From Candidatus Micrarchaeia archaeon (GTDB taxonomy: Archaea; Micrarchaeota; Micrarchaeia; Anstonellales; Bilamarchaeaceae), in assembly GCA_050303335.1 (NCBI GenBank), contig JBNLBN010000002.1, forward strand, positions 4,856-68,855: DNA of 64,000 bases, in the 5' to 3' direction. This document shows positions 56,828-64,000 of the stretch, in pieces. Both the position numbers and the translations under genes were made by a program. A model generated the notes under the pieces. That model searched no databases, was not told the DNA's origin, and worked only from the letters and a program-made list of their open reading frames with translations. Each line of letters starts with the position of its first letter. Within the stretch, counting starts at the first letter, position 1.

Positions 56828-57976
56828 ATGAATGTCCCCCAGACGATGGTAGCTTTCAAGAAATCCCAGCATACTCAACTATTCTACTCTGTTCTGACCC
56901 AGTTGGTTTCAGAAGCAAAACACGGAGTGCTTTTCCCAGGTCAGCTGGATAAGGTCAAGCGGGAATACGCCCTGATATGCCAGTCGATGGGAAAGGATCC
57001 TGAAAAGACGTTCAGATTGCTCCTGAGTGGGACCATCGAAGCAATGCGCTCCGGCACATTCATTTTCTTCGGGTACTACAGCTTCGAGAAGGCAGACCTT
57101 GCGATCCTGCAGAATCTTCCGGCGGTCCAGTTCAGGAAAGTAGGACCCAGATCATTCCAGGCATTTGAAAAAAGGCTCGGAATGGCTTATCAGCAAACGC
57201 TTCTCCCAAGGGAGGCAAGAATCCTCTTTGACGGGCACAAGATCCAGCCAGACCGCTGGAAAAAAATCGAGTCTTCGGAACCTGCATTCGATCATCCAAC
57301 TCTTTCAGTAGAGATAAAGCCCGGAAAAAACATTGTTGTAGAGGTAAAAAGCGAAGGGGAGGTCATTGCCAGGCCGTCAAATGGCGGGCTATTCACTTTC
57401 CCTCTTGAGTCAGCGCACATTAACCGGCGATCAGCGGACGGAAACAGGTTCGAGACCGTCTATGGGGAAAGTTTTCCTGATGTTGATGAAACAGTTCCCC
57501 TGGACAATGTCCATGCTCTTACAAATATGTTCATGGCCAGGTTTTCGATGGGATCCGGCCTTCGGGCTCCTACACTGAGGCAAAAAATCGAGTGGGCCTA
57601 CGGAAAGCTTAGCAATGCATTCACAGGAGAATCAGATTTTAATCTTCAGGAATATAACCTTGATTTTCTTGCAGAATCCTTTACGGACAACGGCATATTC
57701 CCCGGTTCCTGCAAGGCAACAGCGACTGTAAGTGCCGGTCTTGCAAAATTCCTCGGCTTTGATGCAAGGATTATATCCGGCGCCCTGATCCTGAAGGATG
57801 AAGGCGGCTGGGGCCATGTCTGGGCCGAGATCTCAGCGCCAGGATCCAACGTCTGGATGCCGTTTGATCCTGCAGGGGGAGCATTGTTCACCTATCCAGA
57901 TGATGCCATATATATCGCTGAAAGCAGGATAAGCCACGAGGCGTTCCCCCTGAGGATAAAAGTAAGCTATAAATAA
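56828..57976 (+). CDS. transglutaminase-like cysteine protease-fold protein
   Basis: The C-terminal core GSCKATATVSAGLAKFLGFDARIISG...GWGHVWAEI...WMPFDP supplies the Cys-His-Asp arrangement of the transglutaminase-like superfamily. Confidence 0.7.
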   Translation: MNVPQTMVAFKKSQHTQLFYSVLTQLVSEAKHGVLFPGQLDKVKREYALICQSMGKDPEKTFRLLLSGTIEAMRSGTFIFFGYYSFEKADLAILQNLPAVQFRKVGPRSFQAFEKRLGMAYQQTLLPREARILFDGHKIQPDRWKKIESSEPAFDHPTLSVEIKPGKNIVVEVKSEGEVIARPSNGGLFTFPLESAHINRRSADGNRFETVYGESFPDVDETVPLDNVHALTNMFMARFSMGSGLRAPTLRQKIEWAYGKLSNAFTGESDFNLQEYNLDFLAESFTDNGIFPGSCKATATVSAGLAKFLGFDARIISGALILKDEGGWGHVWAEISAPGSNVWMPFDPAGGALFTYPDDAIYIAESRISHEAFPLRIKVSYK

Positions 57977-57982
57977 AAAAAA

Positions 57983-58204
57983 TTAGATGAGAATTTCCAC
58001 ATTCGGGTCGCTCAACATTCTGTATACCGACATGTGGGATACTCCCAGGATGGTTGCGATCTTTCTCATCGAAAGCCTTTCTACGAAGTACATCTGCAGT
58101 ACTTCCTGTACCATCGCGTCTTTATCAACCCTGCCCGGGCTCGGGGGTTCCATTGGTACTCTTGGTTCTGGAACGGGAACCGTTATACTATTCACTACTA
58201 TCAC
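57983..58204 (-). CDS. small helix-turn-helix protein
   Basis: The C-terminal segment LSMRKIATILGVSHMSVYRML is a classic HTH. The start is uncertain: the track uses GTG, and an internal ATG lies at 58153. Confidence 0.5.
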   Translation of the reverse strand: MIVVNSITVPVPEPRVPMEPPSPGRVDKDAMVQEVLQMYFVERLSMRKIATILGVSHMSVYRMLSDPNVEILI

Positions 58205-58494
58205 CGATTTATATTCGGGGCCTGGATAAATCCAGTGCCCCAGTTAACCGTTGTCAATTAGCCTAAAAGGCGGTTTATCTAATCCAAAGATCTTCCGCCG
58301 CAGGATTTCCAGGTGTCACGGCTTTCGCCCATTTATCTCCTGCTTAAATTATTGCGCCATACAATAAAGGTGTAGCACAACCTATAATTAGCCAATGGCA
58401 TATGTTTAGAGACCATTTCGTTTTTCATCATAGTGTTACACCTCCAGTGCTTTGTAGGATTATTTGGGACTTAAAAGATATATAAATGTTTGTA

Positions 58495-58749
58495 TCAGTT
58501 AATTGCCGTCCGGTCCAGCTCCGGCTCGAAGCTTTTGAAGGGATCCCCGGTCATCGCAGTCTCGATCATGCGTATCGCATCCTCGTGGTTTTTTGTAAGG
58601 ACCCTCTTTTCAACGACAAGTTCCGTAATCATCACGTTTTTTCTCAGATTGGCCAATGCTTCAGATGATAAAAACTGCGGCAGCCTGAATGAGATGTCCT
58701 TCTTTGTCTTCATATTTTTTCCTTTGCCCTCGATTGTGATAAGTACCAT
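58495..58749 (-). CDS. ribbon-helix-helix-like protein (paralog of 54211..54618)
   Basis: See 54211..54618 for the alignment. The start is set at M23 of the track ORF, about 22 nt after a minus-strand TTTAAATATAAG. Confidence 0.5.
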   Translation of the reverse strand: MVLITIEGKGKNMKTKKDISFRLPQFLSSEALANLRKNVMITELVVEKRVLTKNHEDAIRMIETAMTGDPFKSFEPELDRTAIN

Positions 58750-58849
58750 ACAATTAGATATTATTGGCTTATATTTAAATAAATTGCCATGTTCTATAAC
58801 AATTATACCAGGCAAAGCTTTTTTATCAAATTTGTCTAATTCTAGTCAG

Positions 58850-59230
58850 GTGCTTGATTTGGCTAAGAAAAAAGATGAAAAGGAAGGACTTGTAATTACT
58901 CCGAGGCTGAAAAGGAACTGGCTGATGATCCGGAAAGCCTATAATGTATCACTTGAGGCTTTCGGTGCTAACATATCCAGGCTCTCAGAGGATGAGGCAA
59001 ATGAGATGTATGAACTTATCAGGCACGCGCTTTACAAGGACAATATAGCCCAGATCATCCAGGAGGAGCCGAAAATGAGGGAATTCCTCAGGAACGAGGA
59101 TGACCGGCTCTGCATGTACGAGATATACGAGAATCTCTCCTGGAAGCTCGGGAAAAGGGAAAAGGCCCCGGAATACAAGCAGAAGATCAACCGTTTCAGG
59201 ATGGCAGTCAAGAAAACCCTTGTTCCTTAA
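58850..59230 (+). CDS. hypothetical helical protein (start uncertain, possibly GTG at 58850)
   Basis: The 5' half of track ORF 58490..59230 is antisense to the RHH gene and hydrophobic nonsense. Only the 3' part looks protein-like (LDLAKKKDEKEGLVITPRLKRNW...EYKQKINRFRMAVKKTL). Confidence 0.35.
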   Translation: MLDLAKKKDEKEGLVITPRLKRNWLMIRKAYNVSLEAFGANISRLSEDEANEMYELIRHALYKDNIAQIIQEEPKMREFLRNEDDRLCMYEIYENLSWKLGKREKAPEYKQKINRFRMAVKKTLVP

Positions 59231-59266
59231 AAACATATTAAAACTCTATTATGCACATATTTGGAA

Positions 59267-59593
59267 ATGAAGCAAAAAACTCCAAAGATAATGCTGGCTG
59301 ACCGGATGATCCTGGGAAGCTTTGATCCGAAAAACGAGGGTCCTGCAAGTTCCATGCCAGAACGCTTCCATGTCGGAAGATTTCTTGTCTGTCCCGTAAT
59401 CAAGACAAAAGATGCGGCAGTTTTTGATATAATGGACGGAGATAAGCTTGTTGCCTCGCGCGTTTTTGTGACCCTGGAAAAACCGGCATCCGTGACCGTT
59501 GTTCCTGACCGCCCTCCTGTGACAAGGCAGCTGACGATATCGCTTTGTCCGGTTGACAGTAACAGGACTTACATTGACGCCAAACTTAGCTAA
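59267..59593 (+). CDS. hypothetical protein
   Basis: It is 108 aa counted from the ATG at 59267, with no recognised domain. Confidence 0.4.
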   Translation: MKQKTPKIMLADRMILGSFDPKNEGPASSMPERFHVGRFLVCPVIKTKDAAVFDIMDGDKLVASRVFVTLEKPASVTVVPDRPPVTRQLTISLCPVDSNRTYIDAKLS

Positions 59594-59621
59594 TTTAAAT
59601 TCACTCTTTTATATTTTCTCC

Positions 59622-61277
59622 ATGCTCGAACTTATCAGAAAACACGTTCTCAAAAATATCGCCGACTACGGGAAGGCGAATCCAGGATCCGTAATAGGAA
59701 AGGTGATCGCTGAAAAGCCTGAAGTGAAAAATGATATAAAAAGCGCAATGGCAGCCATCAACGAGGAAATAAAGCGTGCATCCTCATTGTCAAAGGAGGA
59801 ACTCGAAGAGGAGATGAAGCATTTCACCTATGCCGAGAAAGTCCAGGAGGAAAAGCTCGTCAAGCTTCCGAATGCAATTGAAGGCAAAGTCGTGACAAGA
59901 TTCCCTCCGGAGCCTTCAGGATACCCCCATATCGGCCATGCTAAGGCTGCCTGGCTCGACTATGAGGGCGCAAGGAACCACGGAGGGTACATGGTCCTGC
60001 GGATCGATGATACCAACCCAGAAAAGGAGAAGCAGGAATACGTTGATTCCATAAAAGAGGGCCTCATATGGCTTGGAATCAAATGGGAAAAGGAAACATA
60101 CACCACCGATCACATGGATGAGATTTATTCTGCTGCAAAAAAACTCATCGAAAACGGAAAGGCCTATGTGACCACTGCCGCCCAGGAGGATGTGAGAAAC
60201 AGCAGGACAGGAGGAAAGCAGGTTCCATGCCGGGAGAATTCTGTTGAGGAAAATCTCTCAAGATGGGAAAAGATGCTCAATGGCTCCTACAAGAAAGGAG
60301 AAGCAACCCTTCTTTTCAAAGGCGATCTCAAGGCTAACAACACCACTTTGCGTGACCCTACTCTTGCAAGGATAATCGAGACCCCTCATTTCAAGGCAAA
60401 GGACAGGTACCGGGTCTGGCCATCTTATGATCTTGCAGTTGTCGTGATGGACCGGACCGAAGGGATAACGCATTCTATGAGGTCAAAGGAATATGAATTG
60501 CGCGATGAGCTTTACCGGGAAATCTGCAAGGCTCTAAACCACACGATTCCAGAACTCGTGGGCTTTTCGAGGCTCTCTATAAAGAATGCGCCGATAAGCA
60601 AGCGGCTGATAACCCCGCTGGTTGAGCAGAAGAATGTCGATGGATGGGATGATCCGAGGCTGCCGACCCTTGCAGGGCTTCGAAGGAGAGGCATCCTGCC
60701 GGAAGCGATCCGGGAATTCGTGCTCCAGTTCGGACTCTCGAAAGTCGAGTCCGAGCCTGACTGGGAAGCGCTCCTTGCAATAAACAGGAAGATGCTTGAT
60801 CCGGTCTCGCCGCATTATTTCTTCGTAAGGGATCCGGTGAAGATTACCACTGATCTGGAAAAATCAACCATCGAATTGAAGAAACACCCGAAGGCAGATA
60901 TGGGCATGAGGACAATCAGCACCGGAAGCGAGGTCTATCTTGATTCAGGGGACTTCGGGCAGCTTGAAGACGGCGAGGTTTTCCGGCTGAAGGATTTCTG
61001 CAATATAATGATATCCGGAAAAACAGGTAAAAAGGCCGGCGACGGAAAAATCAGGAAGAAGATCCAGTGGGTGACCGATCCGGTAGAATGCACAATACTG
61101 GTTCCAAAAGACCTCCTCAAGGACGGCGAATTCGATCCCGACAGCCTTCAGGTTCTCAGGGGGGTATGCGAAAAGTCCGTCTCCGGGCTTGAAGAAGGGA
61201 CAATAGTGCAGTTCGAGAGGTTCGGGTTCTGCAGGCTGGATTCCCTTCATCCGCTTACTTTCGTATACTCATGCTGA
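59622..61277 (+). CDS. gltX: glutamyl-tRNA synthetase (archaeal type)
   Basis: It is a class I aaRS, with FPPEPSGYPHIGHAKAA (HIGH-type motif) and LRIDDTNPEKE. The architecture is archaeal/eukaryal GluRS-like. The start is revised to MLELIRKHV. Confidence 0.85.
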   Translation: MLELIRKHVLKNIADYGKANPGSVIGKVIAEKPEVKNDIKSAMAAINEEIKRASSLSKEELEEEMKHFTYAEKVQEEKLVKLPNAIEGKVVTRFPPEPSGYPHIGHAKAAWLDYEGARNHGGYMVLRIDDTNPEKEKQEYVDSIKEGLIWLGIKWEKETYTTDHMDEIYSAAKKLIENGKAYVTTAAQEDVRNSRTGGKQVPCRENSVEENLSRWEKMLNGSYKKGEATLLFKGDLKANNTTLRDPTLARIIETPHFKAKDRYRVWPSYDLAVVVMDRTEGITHSMRSKEYELRDELYREICKALNHTIPELVGFSRLSIKNAPISKRLITPLVEQKNVDGWDDPRLPTLAGLRRRGILPEAIREFVLQFGLSKVESEPDWEALLAINRKMLDPVSPHYFFVRDPVKITTDLEKSTIELKKHPKADMGMRTISTGSEVYLDSGDFGQLEDGEVFRLKDFCNIMISGKTGKKAGDGKIRKKIQWVTDPVECTILVPKDLLKDGEFDPDSLQVLRGVCEKSVSGLEEGTIVQFERFGFCRLDSLHPLTFVYSC

Positions 61278-61803
61278 TCCGCAAAAGAATCACTATTATC
61301 AGGAATATGTAGACAAGGCCCTGCATGAGGTTCAATCTTCCGAATTCAGTAAGGAAAAAGTGGATCAGCCCGAGCGCCAGTGCAAGGTAAGCCAGGTTCT
61401 GAAGCCTCTTCCAGTTCTTTCCCATTATGATCATTGCCCTGTTGAACGATGTAGCTGTGAGCGCAAGAAGTATCACGATCGCACCAAGAGCGAAAAAGAC
61501 TGCAATGTAAAATGTCCCCTCAGGGTCAAAAAGTTCGGAAAGATCAGAATCGAAGAATAGCACGAATGACAGAAGTCCGTGGGCTGCAAGGAGCGCAAAT
61601 GATGAGACCCCAAGGAATCTCCTTGCTATTTTCACGTGGTTCATCCGTTTGACGTATTTGGCAAGAGGTCCAGAGAGCAGAGTGATGCCAAGAACGAAAA
61701 TGCCCGAAAGGGCAAGGGCGCGGTTCAGCTGGAATGCCGAAGTCCCATTAAGAAGTACGAACACTGCCAGCACGATGAAAGGAATTGCATAGGCCTTCTT
61801 CAT
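61255..61803 (-). CDS. ferric-reductase-like transmembrane protein (MsrQ/YedZ-like)
   Basis: It has 5-6 TM segments with conserved His-bearing helices (RRFLGVSSFALLAAHGLLSF and WKRLQNLAYLALALGLIHFFL). Confidence 0.5.
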   Translation of the reverse strand: MKKAYAIPFIVLAVFVLLNGTSAFQLNRALALSGIFVLGITLLSGPLAKYVKRMNHVKIARRFLGVSSFALLAAHGLLSFVLFFDSDLSELFDPEGTFYIAVFFALGAIVILLALTATSFNRAMIIMGKNWKRLQNLAYLALALGLIHFFLTEFGRLNLMQGLVYIFLIIVILLRISMSIRK

Positions 61804-61854
61804 GCAAATAATCGCCCGCTTGGATTTATAAATTTTTTCTGTGATTCCATTCCA

Positions 61855-62367
61855 ATGAATATCGACATAAAAAAGATCGCAAGATCATCGATAATTTTTG
61901 TTGGCGTTGGAATTATACTTGCAATACTGTCCGTGATCCTGCAGCTTGTCACGCTGCTCATTACTGATTCCAATGCTGAAATAGTCCAGCTTGCGGCTTC
62001 AGTATATTCTGTTGTTCTAATACCGCTCTTCCTCATCATGTTCCTTGTTGCAGGATACAGGGCTGTGAAGGTCCATTCTCTTGATTCTGTTGGAGCAGGG
62101 CTTAGTGCGGCATTCAGCTATGTAATCATCGCCGTTACGCACCTCTTCCTGAATTTCCTCCTATCCATTCTCGTACTGTCCGGGCTGATTCCCGGAGGTG
62201 CCGGATTCGGGTCATCCGAAAGCGTTGCAGCATCGGCGCTTTTCGGGGATGTTGTCGGAGCATTCGGTCTCGGCCTGCAGCTTGTCTGCGGATTCGGGCT
62301 TATCGCGATCGGAGCACTTATCAATTTCGTGATCGGCGGGATTGGCGGAATACTTGCATCAAGATAA
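61855..62367 (+). CDS. Gly-rich polytopic membrane protein, unknown function
   Basis: The start is revised to MNIDIKKIARSS, about 26 nt after TTTATAAA. The upstream part of the track ORF is antisense to the neighbouring gene. Confidence 0.5.
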   Translation: MNIDIKKIARSSIIFVGVGIILAILSVILQLVTLLITDSNAEIVQLAASVYSVVLIPLFLIMFLVAGYRAVKVHSLDSVGAGLSAAFSYVIIAVTHLFLNFLLSILVLSGLIPGGAGFGSSESVAASALFGDVVGAFGLGLQLVCGFGLIAIGALINFVIGGIGGILASR

Positions 62368-62469
62368 TGTGGTAATTTCTGTAAATCGTGTGAAGCAACT
62401 CCACGTCTGAAAATTGTCCCTTTTTATTTATTATCTTCGTTATAGTCTAGCTTTTTTTTCGGTGGGAAT

Positions 62470-64000
62470 ATGGCGATTAAACAAATAAAGAAAAGAGACG
62501 GCTCGGTTGTCGAATTCGATAAGGAGAAGATAATAACTGCGATTTTTAAGGCAGCGCAGTCTATTGGCGGATCCGACAGGGCCGAGGCAGAAAGGGTTTC
62601 CGACAAGGTACTGGAATTCATCTCCCAGAAATTCAAGGAGGATTACATTCCGACTGTTGAGGAGATCCAGGATATTGTGGAGAAGGCGTTGATAGAAACG
62701 GGCCATGCAGCAACAGCAAAGGCCTATATCATCTACAGGCACAGGAAAAACGTTGAGCGTGAAATGAAAGTGATCCTCGGTGTGGAGGACGACCTGAAAC
62801 TGCCGCTCAATTCTGTGCAGGTGCTCGAACGAAGATACCTTCTCAAGGACGAGGATGGACGGGTGATAGAATCCCCGAGCATGCTTTTCAGGAGGGTGGC
62901 GCGCTACCTCGCATCGAACGAGGAAAACTACGGTGCGGATCCGGAGACGATGAAGCATTACGAGGAGGCATTCTATCAGATCATGACAAATTTCGAATTC
63001 CTTCCCAATTCACCTACTTTGATGAATGCAGGGACTCCGCTCGGCCAGCTTGCAGCATGTTTCATACTGCCGGTAAATGACAGCATCGAGGATATCTTCG
63101 AATCTGTGAAGCACCAGGCGATAATCCACAAGACCGGAGGAGGAACAGGATTCTGCTTCTCATACTTAAGGCCGAAGGGCGATTTCGTAAAAAGCACGGC
63201 AGGAATAGCATCAGGCCCGCTTTCATTCATGAGCGCTTTCGACAATGCCACCAATGTAATCAAGCAGGGCGGAAAAAGAAGGGGCGCAAACATGGCGACA
63301 ATGCACATCTGGCATCCTGATGTGGAGGAATTCATAACCATGAAGCAGACTCCTGGCGTTATGGAAAACTTCAACGTGTCCGTCATGGTTGACGACAGGT
63401 TCATGAGGGCAGTAGATTCCAACGACGAATACGAGCTGCTAAATCCTAGGAGCAGGGAGCCTATCAGGAAAGTCAATGCAAGAAGCCTCTTTAACCTGAT
63501 CTCATACAGCGCCTGGAAATCCGCAGAGCCCGGAATGCTGTTCATTGACGAGATCAACAGGAAGAATCCTACGCCAACAGAGCCGATCCACGCTACAAAT
63601 CCGTGCGGAGAGGTACCGATGCCTGATTACGAATCATGCAACCTCGGAAGCATCAACCTCGCCAAGTTCGTCGAGCTCAACTGGAGCAAGACCGATTGGA
63701 GGAAGAAGGTGAACTGGAAGAGGCTGAGATATGTAGTAAGGCTTGCATTCCAGTTCCTGGACAATGTTATCGACCTCAACAAGTACCCGATCCCCCAGAT
63801 CAAGGACCAGACAATGAAAAACAGGAGGATCGGCCTCGGAGTGATGGGCTTTTCACGCATGCTCTTCAAGATGGGAATCAGGTATGATTCCGACATCGGC
63901 TATGAGATCGGCGAAGAGGTCATGAAATTCATCAACGAGGAAGGAAGGAAGATGTCCCATGAGCTCGGAAGGGCAAGGGGATCGTTCCCAGGTTTCAAGA
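62470..64000 (+). CDS. nrdJ: ribonucleoside-triphosphate/diphosphate reductase, class II (adenosylcobalamin-dependent), 5' partial - continues beyond the window
   Basis: This is my own translation from the ATG at 62470; the gene is absent from the track because no stop is reached. It has an ATP-cone (MAIKQIKKRDGSVVEFDKEKIITAIFKA), then LPNSPTLMNAGT, KTGGGTGFCFSYLRPKGD, GGKRRGANMA and ATNPCGEVP. Confidence 0.9.
   Translation, partial: MAIKQIKKRDGSVVEFDKEKIITAIFKAAQSIGGSDRAEAERVSDKVLEFISQKFKEDYIPTVEEIQDIVEKALIETGHAATAKAYIIYRHRKNVEREMKVILGVEDDLKLPLNSVQVLERRYLLKDEDGRVIESPSMLFRRVARYLASNEENYGADPETMKHYEEAFYQIMTNFEFLPNSPTLMNAGTPLGQLAACFILPVNDSIEDIFESVKHQAIIHKTGGGTGFCFSYLRPKGDFVKSTAGIASGPLSFMSAFDNATNVIKQGGKRRGANMATMHIWHPDVEEFITMKQTPGVMENFNVSVMVDDRFMRAVDSNDEYELLNPRSREPIRKVNARSLFNLISYSAWKSAEPGMLFIDEINRKNPTPTEPIHATNPCGEVPMPDYESCNLGSINLAKFVELNWSKTDWRKKVNWKRLRYVVRLAFQFLDNVIDLNKYPIPQIKDQTMKNRRIGLGVMGFSRMLFKMGIRYDSDIGYEIGEEVMKFINEEGRKMSHELGRARGSFPGFK

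Noticed and set aside
52900-59300. Considered calling the post-16S island a prophage or integrative element.
   Set aside because: I recognised no integrase, transposase, capsid or replication gene. Only repeats, TA-like genes and surface proteins are visible, so mobility is suggested by the repeat structure alone.
62424-63896. Minus-strand ORFs (62440..62958, 62976..63557, 63627..63896) and the plus-strand ORF 63636..63887.
   Set aside because: All overlap the strongly supported nrdJ reading frame that starts at 62470. The track omits nrdJ because it has no stop in the window.

Overview
This is a 64-kb archaeal chromosome segment. The archaeal assignment rests on aEF-1beta, the S13-S4-S11-RpoD(Rpo3) operon, Alba, ABCE1, and an archaeal-type 16S rRNA flanked by a bulge-helix-bulge-like processing stem. 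It also rests on an intron-containing tRNA, isoprenoid-lipid genes (HMG-CoA reductase, CDP-alcohol phosphatidyltransferase), and A/T-rich TATA boxes about 22-28 nt upstream of many ATGs, which implies leaderless mRNAs. The 16S gene stands alone and has a divergent '515' site. Genes are tightly packed and overlapping, and many secreted or membrane proteins are unrecognisable. Together these suggest a small-genome DPANN-like lineage, but that is inference.

Layout:
- (i) 0.2-4.7 kb: tRNA-Arg with a long intron, aEF-1beta, the ribosomal-protein/RpoD operon, and two tRNA-Leu genes that each carry a ~100-nt conserved 3' module.
- (ii) 4.7-19.0 kb: a ~14.3-kb envelope locus and the most interesting region. 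It has a divergent 985-aa single-pass protein, six translationally coupled paralogous polytopic membrane proteins, and a 1273-aa Cys-rich putative lipoprotein. I recognise none of them.
- (iii) 19-44 kb: housekeeping and membrane genes. These include nitroreductase, a PAS histidine kinase, three cation/H+ antiporters, Dus, a Na/Pi transporter, Alba, a glycan/lipid cluster, class II HMGR, ABCE1, glutaredoxin, and a TRASH mini-protein.
- (iv) 44.4-51.1 kb: four tandem paralogs built from 42-aa (126-bp) ARM/HEAT-like repeats, preceded by a membrane-tethered ArsR-like regulator. A fifth paralog lies at 35.5 kb.
- (v) 51.36-52.90 kb: 16S rRNA.
- (vi) 52.9-59.3 kb: an A/T-richer accessory island whose cassettes are bounded by reiterated copies of the 16S 3' processing-stem strand. 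It holds MNT/HEPN, RHH proteins, three putative lipoproteins, and a transglutaminase-like protein.
- (vii) GluRS, membrane proteins, and the 5' part of class II ribonucleotide reductase running off the window.

I saw no CRISPR array, integrase or transposase. The ORF track evidently translates GTG/TTG starts as M, and it often extends ORFs upstream of the likely start. Several starts are revised here using TATA-box spacing, overlaps and homolog N-termini.
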